This document shows, one piece after another, positions 7,959 to 14,449 of a DNA stretch of 39,486 nucleotides. The notes beneath the pieces are model-generated. The model saw nothing but the letters and a program-made list of their open reading frames with translations. It searched no databases and was not told the DNA's origin. The DNA is taken from IMG/VR virus record IMGVR_UViG_3300036717_000038, positions 1 to 39,486 of that record, one strand, 5' to 3'. Source of the stretch: a virus. The position numbers and the translations under genes were made by a program. Each line of letters opens with the position of its first letter. The stretch's first letter is position 1.

Positions 7959-8051
7959 ATGTTTCACTTGAAAGAACAGAAAGCAAAACTCAACCACGTC
8001 AACGGGCACCCGCCTGATCCGAAGACGGCTGCCGAGTTGTTCGACAAATGA
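7959..8051 (+). CDS. Possible 30-aa ORF
   Basis: GAAAGGG lies about 10 nt upstream of the ATG, and the stop overlaps the next ATG (ATGA). Confidence 0.3.
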   Translation: MFHLKEQKAKLNHVNGHPPDPKTAAELFDK

Positions 8052-8275
8052 CCATCCAAGAAGCCCGTATTGAACGCAAGCTCGCCAAATTACGCGGGCG
8101 GGACTTGCGTGCGGATACTGAACGTTGGGTGAAGCGATGCTGTTGGCGAACTGCGGATGATCGAAAGAGGATGCAGGAGATGTATTCGATTACTTTGCGC
8201 AATGCGTTGCCGGGTCTGGTGCGTAACCTCTACAACCAAAACCCACTTCTATCCCGTCTTATAGGTCGGGAATGA
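8048..8275 (+). CDS. Hypothetical basic protein (75 aa), last gene of the rightward arm
   Basis: ORF in the track. Its 3' end overlaps the convergent lipase gene by 17 nt. Confidence 0.55.
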   Translation: MTIQEARIERKLAKLRGRDLRADTERWVKRCCWRTADDRKRMQEMYSITLRNALPGLVRNLYNQNPLLSRLIGRE

Positions 8276-8858
8276 TGTTTTCCAGCATGTGGTCGTGTGT
8301 GTTCCAGAACGGGAAATAGGCCGTCCCAAACTGTTCGATTTCGCTGTCCAGGCAAGGATGCTGCCAATCCTCTTCTGGAATATCAAGCGGTAGTTCTGGA
8401 ACGATATCTTTGCCGTGTCGACGAATATGCAATTCGACGCCGTGCGCTCTGAAAATATCCCGCAGCTTGGTATCGATGCTGGCGCAGGCCGGCTCCCATG
8501 CCCATATCACCTTGGGCGGATTGCCGGCGAGGCACAGACGCGCGCCCAAGAATAAAACGCCTGTTGCCCCCTCGGAATGCCCGACAAGCGCATAGACGTG
8601 CATCGTCGAAACTTGCGGCCATACCGGATCAAAAGCGTCCCATATCCCGCCGTGCACCTTTCCGAAGTCGCCCATATCTTTTGGCAGGAACTTGGCGTCG
8701 GCTCTCGCGCAAGCGCCGTTGTTCGTTCCCGGCGCAGCCAAGACAAGGCCGGCATCGGTCGCGTTGAAAACGATCCGGCCGGCCGAGTCTTCAGGGCCAA
8801 GGTTAGGCACGGCGATATAAGCCGCTTGCGCCATCAAGGCCCAATCCTTGGGTGTCAT
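8259..8858 (-). CDS. Class-3 lipase-like alpha/beta hydrolase (serine esterase), last gene of the lysis cassette
   Basis: Nucleophile elbow VGHSEGA (GHSxG). The motif GKDIVPELP resembles the Asp-containing DIVPxLP motif of Lipase_3. A C-terminal His lies in NTHDHM. The stop of the upstream gene overlaps this start. Confidence 0.8.
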   Translation of the reverse strand: MTPKDWALMAQAAYIAVPNLGPEDSAGRIVFNATDAGLVLAAPGTNNGACARADAKFLPKDMGDFGKVHGGIWDAFDPVWPQVSTMHVYALVGHSEGATGVLFLGARLCLAGNPPKVIWAWEPACASIDTKLRDIFRAHGVELHIRRHGKDIVPELPLDIPEEDWQHPCLDSEIEQFGTAYFPFWNTHDHMLENIIPDL

Positions 8859-9334
8859 GCCGTCGGGGCCGCAGGCGCTACTTGCGGGTCGATTGCAGGA
8901 ACCATGGCGGGCGCAGGCGCTGCCGGCGTTGCAGATGCAGCCTGCACAGCCTGGACGGCAGCCACGACAGACGGAAGCGTTGCGCTAATGGTTTGGACGG
9001 TCGTGTTGACGGTACCGGGATCTGATTCAGTTGCAGCTATCAAAGTCGGGCCTACGATGCTTGTAACGGCATTGACCTTGTGCAGCGTCTGCGCCTTCGG
9101 AAAGACTGCCTCAAATGCCTGCAGCAACTCGGAAATGAGCGTGATGGTGGAAAGTGCGTTCATGGTGCGATTCTCCTGACGGATAATGCCGGAATCTGCC
9201 GGCGCAGTTGGTGAAACCGGGGCTGTGCACTGCACAGGCAGTGTACCGCAGAATTTGTCCTTCAAGTGATCGACGCGCTTGCAGCCGGAAGTCCACAATG
9301 CAAGCAGCACCATAGGGATGGTCGACCACTTCAT
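8855..9334 (-). CDS. Putative lipoprotein (spanin-like position), 159 aa
   Basis: The N-terminus MKWSTIPMVLLALWTSGC has a signal peptide and a lipobox-like TSGC. The middle is helical and the C-terminus is Pro/Ala-rich. No C-terminal TM segment. Confidence 0.6.
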   Translation of the reverse strand: MKWSTIPMVLLALWTSGCKRVDHLKDKFCGTLPVQCTAPVSPTAPADSGIIRQENRTMNALSTITLISELLQAFEAVFPKAQTLHKVNAVTSIVGPTLIAATESDPGTVNTTVQTISATLPSVVAAVQAVQAASATPAAPAPAMVPAIDPQVAPAAPTA

Positions 9335-9789
9335 GATGTCGGCTCGTCGGGCATCACACCAGTCTGCATCGCGGAAATCAATCGCGTAGCGCGGTCTCCG
9401 ACCTGGGCGGCCCAGGCGCTGGCCGACATGCCCGCCGCCGCGCCGAGATAGTCTCCGGTCTGCATGGCGCGCAAGGTGTTGACGAAGCCGTCAAGCCGGG
9501 TCTCTCCGAGGTTGAACGCCATGTTTGCCAACACACGCTGGCGCACTTCGTCCATCGTCGTCCACCATGGATGATGCAGGTCGAGGCCGGCAAAGGTGGT
9601 ATCCAGATCGTGGTTGAGAAGGGAATTGACCTGATCGTCGGTCAGCGGGTAAGTCCAGCCGGCGGGCAGAGGGACAGCTTGGAGGTTATGCCCTACGCCG
9701 ACTGTGGAAATTCCCTTCGTGTCGAGGTACGGGCTGTAGCGCACGCCCTCGTCGCGGCGCAGTTCAGCATCAAGCAGTATCAGATTCAT
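9331..9789 (-). CDS. GH24 (T4-lysozyme-type) endolysin
   Basis: RRDEGVRYSPYLDTKGISTVGVGH contains the E-x8-D-x5-T catalytic triad spacing. Confidence 0.9.
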   Translation of the reverse strand: MNLILLDAELRRDEGVRYSPYLDTKGISTVGVGHNLQAVPLPAGWTYPLTDDQVNSLLNHDLDTTFAGLDLHHPWWTTMDEVRQRVLANMAFNLGETRLDGFVNTLRAMQTGDYLGAAAGMSASAWAAQVGDRATRLISAMQTGVMPDEPTS

Positions 9790-10030
9790 TTTTCAAATCC
9801 CGTCGAAACTTGCGCCATGCGGCTGGCAACTTGGAAATCTGGATAAAGAGGCCGACTAGGGCAGTAAGTATACCGACCGCAATTGCGGTGTCGGACAGCA
9901 CTTCGTGAACCAACGGCAAGTCTTGCGCCCATTTATTCATGGCGCCCGCCGCCGCCACCGAACTTCCTACGATGATCGATATCGTCGGATGCTCGATCAA
10001 ATCGTTTATTCTGTCGCTCCATTCGATCAT
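9770..10030 (-). CDS. Putative holin (two TM segments, charged C-terminus)
   Basis: Hydrophobic stretches ISIIVGSSVAAAGAM and AIAVGILTALVGLFIQI are followed by the tail RKFRRDLKNE. The gene lies directly upstream of the endolysin. Confidence 0.65.
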   Translation of the reverse strand: MIEWSDRINDLIEHPTISIIVGSSVAAAGAMNKWAQDLPLVHEVLSDTAIAVGILTALVGLFIQISKLPAAWRKFRRDLKNESDTA

Positions 10031-10473
10031 TATGGATGCCTCGCAGAAGCCTTATTCCCCACGCCAAAATCGCCAAAAAGTAGCCAAAAACCGCGAGGAC
10101 GAGCCATATGTTTGTCATCTGTCCCCCCGAAGGTTAGCCACACGAAAGTTAACGTCACTATGCCATAGATTGCAGGGTTATAAAAGGACGATGCATATAC
10201 GTGAAATCGGTATAAGACCCATCCGACGAACTGGATAATGAATTGAGCGAAGACGAGGCGGAAGATGTCGAACCATATTTTGCTGCGGCAACCTCGTTCG
10301 AGTGCCTTGAGCATGAGAGCGTTGATTGTGACGCCGGTTGCGAAATACAGATCGTTGCGCGGTGCCGCGTGCATTGCCAACATCCCGAAGAACTCGAAGA
10401 TCAACAGGAGGTAGGCAATATTCACGCGGTCGCGCATGTCCATCCTTTCAAGGAAGATCGGGACCATCGCCAC
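10030..10473 (-). CDS. Multi-pass membrane protein (about 4 TM segments)
   Basis: Four hydrophobic stretches in the ORF-track product. The start is ambiguous: GTG at 10473 or ATG at 10443. Confidence 0.55.
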   Translation of the reverse strand: MAMVPIFLERMDMRDRVNIAYLLLIFEFFGMLAMHAAPRNDLYFATGVTINALMLKALERGCRSKIWFDIFRLVFAQFIIQFVGWVLYRFHVYASSFYNPAIYGIVTLTFVWLTFGGTDDKHMARPRGFWLLFGDFGVGNKASARHP

Positions 10474-10588
10474 CGATTTGGTCTGCCGGCTGGGCCGGCG
10501 TCTTGTTCGGAACCTGCTTCGGTTCCGGCTTTGGTTCAGGGTCTTTCACCTTAACCGGGCTGATGGGCCTTTTCTTCGACTTCGACAT
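10448..10588 (-). CDS. Possible 46-aa Pro/Lys-rich ORF (MSKSKKRPISPVKVKDPEPKPEPKQ...)
   Basis: Read manually, as it is below the track cutoff. It fills the gap between 10600 and 10473. Confidence 0.25.
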   Translation of the reverse strand: MSKSKKRPISPVKVKDPEPKPEPKQVPNKTPAQPADQIGGDGPDLP

Positions 10589-10599
10589 GATCGCCGTCC

Positions 10600-10950
10600 T
10601 TATGAGATGACAACCGTGATTCCGATCGCCACTTGCAACGTGACAGGAGGATCGGCCACAACGATAGGAGCGGTGACCGATGCGGTAACCGGGTTGCCGC
10701 TGGCATCGGTCGTGGGGATTGCGGCGCCGTTCGCGTCGAGTGTGGTAGCTGTCATGGTGTATGTCCCGTCAGGGATTCCGGGTAATACTGCGGTCAACGG
10801 CGTTCCTGTTGCGATGGTTGGATTGCCAACTGGATTGCCGGCCGAATCAGCCAAGGAAACTTGGACTTGCGACGGGCCAGGGGTGCCGGGTACGAAGGTA
10901 ATGCCGTTCGTGGCGATTGTTGCTGTTACGGTGTGCGTGGGGCTTGTCAT
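10600..10950 (-). CDS. Thr/Pro/Gly-rich beta-sandwich-like virion protein (116 aa)
   Basis: GAAGGA lies upstream of the ATG. The composition is typical of Ig-like or fibre domains. Confidence 0.6.
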   Translation of the reverse strand: MTSPTHTVTATIATNGITFVPGTPGPSQVQVSLADSAGNPVGNPTIATGTPLTAVLPGIPDGTYTMTATTLDANGAAIPTTDASGNPVTASVTAPIVVADPPVTLQVAIGITVVIS

Positions 10951-11065
10951 GATAATTCCTTCAGGTTAATGAAATTGCAGGCATAGCACTTCTAATTTAA
11001 ATGCCTACGGGATCGAGTACATCATTATTCGTTAAGCACATCGGTGCGGTAGAGAACATTGCACC

Positions 11066-11503
11066 TTAAAATTGAATGATGGTGAGTTGCGCATAGACTT
11101 CTGGTTGACCGCTGGTAACTGGATCTGGTGCGACACCACCAGACTCAACGAAGATATTCAGGCCGACTGCCGTAGGACTGAGCAGCGTAATCGGGCCACT
11201 GACTTGCGAGTTGGCGTTCGATGCGTAGCCAGGTCCCGCCAAGAAGCCGCCAGCGTTGACGCCGTTTAGCAGAGCAACGTTGTTGGTGAAGTCCCACAAG
11301 GCAGTCTGCGCGCGCTTGCCGTTGGTATTCGCGATGCCTTCAATCCAGTATTTACCGGGTTGTAGCGTGACTTGACCAGACGCCAATGTCGCGCCCACTG
11401 TATTGGCAACAGTGGTATTGAGCATTGACTGATTGAATCCAGTCGCGGGAGTCAAGCCAGCCGTGCCGCTTGCGTATTGCTCTTGAAATGAGGCGTATGA
11501 CAT
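11066..11503 (-). CDS. Putative tail-fibre / receptor-binding tip protein (145 aa)
   Basis: Beta-rich composition in the distal structural block. Function is inferred from position only. Confidence 0.55.
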   Translation of the reverse strand: MSYASFQEQYASGTAGLTPATGFNQSMLNTTVANTVGATLASGQVTLQPGKYWIEGIANTNGKRAQTALWDFTNNVALLNGVNAGGFLAGPGYASNANSQVSGPITLLSPTAVGLNIFVESGGVAPDPVTSGQPEVYAQLTIIQF

Positions 11504-11512
11504 GATTTTCCT

Positions 11513-11950
11513 TTAATTTATGCGAGTGACGCGCATCCACGAACCCGCGTTTAACGAATCAGGAGAAGCTGGTGCAGTTGCGACTCCCGGCTGAAAAGTT
11601 CCCCCGGCATTGACGACTATAGTGCCGGTAATTCTAAATCCGACGGTAGCGGCCGCCACCCCCGCAGTTGTCGATAGTGAAGTGATGATGGTATCGGCAA
11701 TTGACGACCCTTTTAACGTTTCTATTGCGCCGGTGATCGATGTTGCTGTGACGGTGCCTGAATTCAGACTGACGGTAAATGTTGACGTATTGGTAGGGTA
11801 GAGATATGCCTCAAAAGAATATGTGCCGCCTGATGCCATCGCCACAGACAAGCCGGAAGAAGACGGTGTGGCGCTTGCCGGCGTGACTGCCGATGTCGTG
11901 ACAACCTCAACGGGGGTGCCTATATTGGCCGGTCCGGGAACCCAGGTCAT
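11513..11950 (-). CDS. Putative fibre-associated structural protein (145 aa)
   Basis: Thr/Ser/Ala-rich beta-type sequence ending GSWMRVTRIN. Confidence 0.55.
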   Translation of the reverse strand: MTWVPGPANIGTPVEVVTTSAVTPASATPSSSGLSVAMASGGTYSFEAYLYPTNTSTFTVSLNSGTVTATSITGAIETLKGSSIADTIITSLSTTAGVAAATVGFRITGTIVVNAGGTFQPGVATAPASPDSLNAGSWMRVTRIN

Positions 11951-12414
11951 GATGCGCTCACTGCGATGCCTGGGTTGGTAATGATGGCGGTCGTTCCTGA
12001 CGTATTCGTGATCGTCACTTGAAAGTAGAGGAACGGCAAGCCCGGATTACCTCCGGCGTAAGGCGTGGTGCTCGAATTCGACGTGCCGACCGTGCCGACA
12101 GGGCAAAGGCCGCCCGAGTCGATGTAGCAGGTGATCGTGATCGTGACTGCCTGCGTCGAGGTCAACGCGGCTGAAACCTGGCTCCACCAGCACTGCTGCT
12201 TCGGCAGATTCTGCGGTGTCGCAAGTACCCCGCTCGCTGCAACAGGAGGCGGCAAACCGAAGATCGGAATCACCCCGGAGTTCCAGGCGTTGCCCGTGCC
12301 GGACAATACCGCAGTCGGGAAACCGTTGAACGGTGGTTGGTAATTGGCTGGGTAGACTTGGGCCGGCGCGCCCTTGGTTAGCGGCTGCGGCGAGTTCGAG
12401 GTATAGAGACCCAT
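11947..12414 (-). CDS. Putative structural protein (155 aa)
   Basis: Start and stop overlaps with both neighbours. Confidence 0.55.
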   Translation of the reverse strand: MGLYTSNSPQPLTKGAPAQVYPANYQPPFNGFPTAVLSGTGNAWNSGVIPIFGLPPPVAASGVLATPQNLPKQQCWWSQVSAALTSTQAVTITITCYIDSGGLCPVGTVGTSNSSTTPYAGGNPGLPFLYFQVTITNTSGTTAIITNPGIAVSAS

Positions 12415-13538
12415 TATTGCACTCCCGGATTCGTGTTCAAAGCCGCTCGTTGTGCTGTTGTGGATGCTGCTGCCTGCGCCGTCGTGATCGCCACCAGTTG
12501 CGCCGTGGTCATCACGCCGAAGTCAGCCGGCGTAACGGCCACAAACTGCGCCGTCGTCAAGTTGGCGACTTGCGCTGTGGTGAGCGATGGGAACTGGCCT
12601 TGGGACAGGACGGCCACTTGCGCAGTAGTCAAGGCGACGGTCTGCGCTGTGCTCATGACGGAAAGATTTGCCGTTGGTATCCACGGCACCTGAGATGTCG
12701 TCAGGGCTGCAATCTGCGCGGTCAGCAGCGCAGAAACGTGCGCTGTCGTCAGGCCGGAGGCGATGACTGCATTGTTGAATCCCGGTATCTGCGCAGAGGT
12801 CAAGGCAACAATCTGCGCCGTGCCAAGAGGCGACGTCTGCGAAGGCGTCAGGCCGCTCAACTGCGACGTGGAAAGAAGTGATACCTCCGTCGTCGTCAGG
12901 GCATTCAGTTGCGCTGTCGTGAAGCCGGGTATCTGCGCCGACGTGATGACGCCAAGCTGATTCGAGGTCAAGGCAACGATGTCGGCAGTCGTCAGGCCGA
13001 GGTTGATCTGAGCCGTGTTGAGGGCAGGAACCTGCACCGTCGTCAGCAACGCCACCTGGGCAGTCGTCAGTGCGTTGACCTGGGCAGTCGTCATGCCCTG
13101 GTTGATTTGGGCAGTCGTCAGGTTCGTCAGTTCCAGCGTCGTCAGGTTCACGACTTGCGAGGTAGTCAGGCCCGGAATCGCTGCCGTGGTCAATGCGGTA
13201 ATCGTCGCCGAGTTCAACCCCGCGGCGATTTGTGCCGTCGTCAAGGCCGCCACCTGCGTGCTGGTGACCTGCGCCAACTGCGTGGTAGTCAGTGCAGCTA
13301 CCTGCGCCGTAGTGAGCCCTGCATTGATCTGAGCGGTCGTGAGTACCGGGATATCCCACGTTGGCATCGCCGCGACTTCGGCAGTGGCCAGCGCGACGAT
13401 CTGCGCGGTCGAGAGGGCAGGGACTTGATTGGTGGTCAAGCCCTGCATGTCGAGCGTGGTGAGCGCCGCAATCTGCGCCGTGGTGAGCGCCGCTACCTGA
13501 TCGGTCGTTAGGGCCGGCGGGCCATTGAATACGCCCAT
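12414..13538 (-). CDS. Octapeptide-repeat protein with 44 tandem TTAQ(I/V)xxL units (374 aa)
   Basis: Manual parsing tiles the whole protein. There are a 10-aa N-terminal cap, 39 octamers, 5 nonamers and a 7-aa C-terminal cap. Confidence 0.75.
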   Translation of the reverse strand: MGVFNGPPALTTDQVAALTTAQIAALTTLDMQGLTTNQVPALSTAQIVALATAEVAAMPTWDIPVLTTAQINAGLTTAQVAALTTTQLAQVTSTQVAALTTAQIAAGLNSATITALTTAAIPGLTTSQVVNLTTLELTNLTTAQINQGMTTAQVNALTTAQVALLTTVQVPALNTAQINLGLTTADIVALTSNQLGVITSAQIPGFTTAQLNALTTTEVSLLSTSQLSGLTPSQTSPLGTAQIVALTSAQIPGFNNAVIASGLTTAHVSALLTAQIAALTTSQVPWIPTANLSVMSTAQTVALTTAQVAVLSQGQFPSLTTAQVANLTTAQFVAVTPADFGVMTTAQLVAITTAQAAASTTAQRAALNTNPGVQ

Positions 13539-13541
13539 GGG

Positions 13542-13751
13542 TTACTCCTTCGGCTTGCGCGTTGAGAAAGCGTCGTTCGGCTCCGCTGGCGTCTGCGGAT
13601 TGATCTTGCCGGCGCGGTAGACCGGGTTGAAGCCTGAGTCAGGCACCTTTCCCGATTGCCACTGCCGGCGCGGTCCCCACCAGTCGCTGCCCTCGACACC
13701 GTTGCCCATCGTTGGCGTCGGTTTGTGCACGCCTTTAAAGATGTTCGCCAT
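13542..13751 (-). CDS. Hypothetical protein (69 aa)
   Basis: AAGGAG lies upstream of the ATG at 13751. Confidence 0.5.
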   Translation of the reverse strand: MANIFKGVHKPTPTMGNGVEGSDWWGPRRQWQSGKVPDSGFNPVYRAGKINPQTPAEPNDAFSTRKPKE

Positions 13752-13965
13752 TTTTCCGCTCCTTGTCTATTTTCTTTACCGCTTCCCAATATTTTTCAAC
13801 CTCTGCGATGACTCCTGAAAGGGGATAACAAATCGTGAATTTCCCAAATTCTTCAGTATCGAAAGTGATTCCGAGTTGATATTGATGGGCTCTGTTAAGA
13901 GGAACAGGCATGCTTACACTTTTGGGAATTATTACATCGCCAATACCTTCAAAATTCTCAATCAC
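13735..13965 (-). CDS. Hypothetical protein (76 aa) in an AT-richer island
   Basis: I chose the GTG at 13965, preceded by AAGGAG plus 7 nt, instead of the track start at 14019. Confidence 0.5.
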   Translation of the reverse strand: MIENFEGIGDVIIPKSVSMPVPLNRAHQYQLGITFDTEEFGKFTICYPLSGVIAEVEKYWEAVKKIDKERKNGEHL

Positions 13966-14215
13966 TTTGATTCTCCTTCGGGTCAAAAATGGCCCGGTTC
14001 GCTGCCTGGTTGCTATCAAGCCTTACTATAGGCAGGAATACCAAAATTGCAAACAATGTCACGCCTGCAATGCGTTCCCACGTCGGCCAGTACGCGGCAT
14101 AGCAAAACAGGCCAAACACCATCGCCAGGGCCAACAGCAGCACCAGCCGCGCGGCCAGCACCTTCAAGCCGACCGAAATCCATAATACCAACACCTTCAT
14201 CTGATTACCGTCCAT
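13958..14215 (-). CDS. Small membrane protein (85 aa, 2-3 TM segments)
   Basis: Hydrophobic stretches VLVLWISVGL, LVLLLALAMVFGLFCYAAY and VTLFAILVFLPIV. Confidence 0.55.
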   Translation of the reverse strand: MDGNQMKVLVLWISVGLKVLAARLVLLLALAMVFGLFCYAAYWPTWERIAGVTLFAILVFLPIVRLDSNQAANRAIFDPKENQSD

Positions 14216-14236
14216 GGAGCCCCCATAGTTACATCG

Positions 14237-14449
14237 TCAATCGTCGGAAAACCCCGACCCGTACCCTTCGTCCTGCATCTTCGCCTTGATCGTTTCGAGT
14301 TTTAGGCACCTGTCGATCACCCGCATCCGATCGGTCATGCTCATGATCGACTTGCCTTCGGCATCGACCTTCTTCGCCTCTTTCAGCATCTCCGTCAGCA
14401 TCCGCTCCAACTCTGGATTGACGCCGGATTTCGGCTTAGTCGCCATCAC
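14237..14449 (-). CDS. Hypothetical protein (70 aa)
   Basis: ATGA overlap with the upstream 766-aa gene. Confidence 0.55.
   Translation of the reverse strand: MMATKPKSGVNPELERMLTEMLKEAKKVDAEGKSIMSMTDRMRVIDRCLKLETIKAKMQDEGYGSGFSDD

Noticed and set aside
12333-13511. Plus-strand ORFs (182, 200, 105 and 86 aa) across the octapeptide-repeat gene
   Set aside because: These are antisense shadows of a periodic GC3-rich gene. Their products are Arg/Cys-rich repeats with no RBS, and they run opposite to the late operon.
10600-13538. Diversity-generating retroelement targeting the fibre genes
   Set aside because: No reverse transcriptase ORF exists in the genome, and I saw no template/variable repeat pair near the fibre gene 3' ends.
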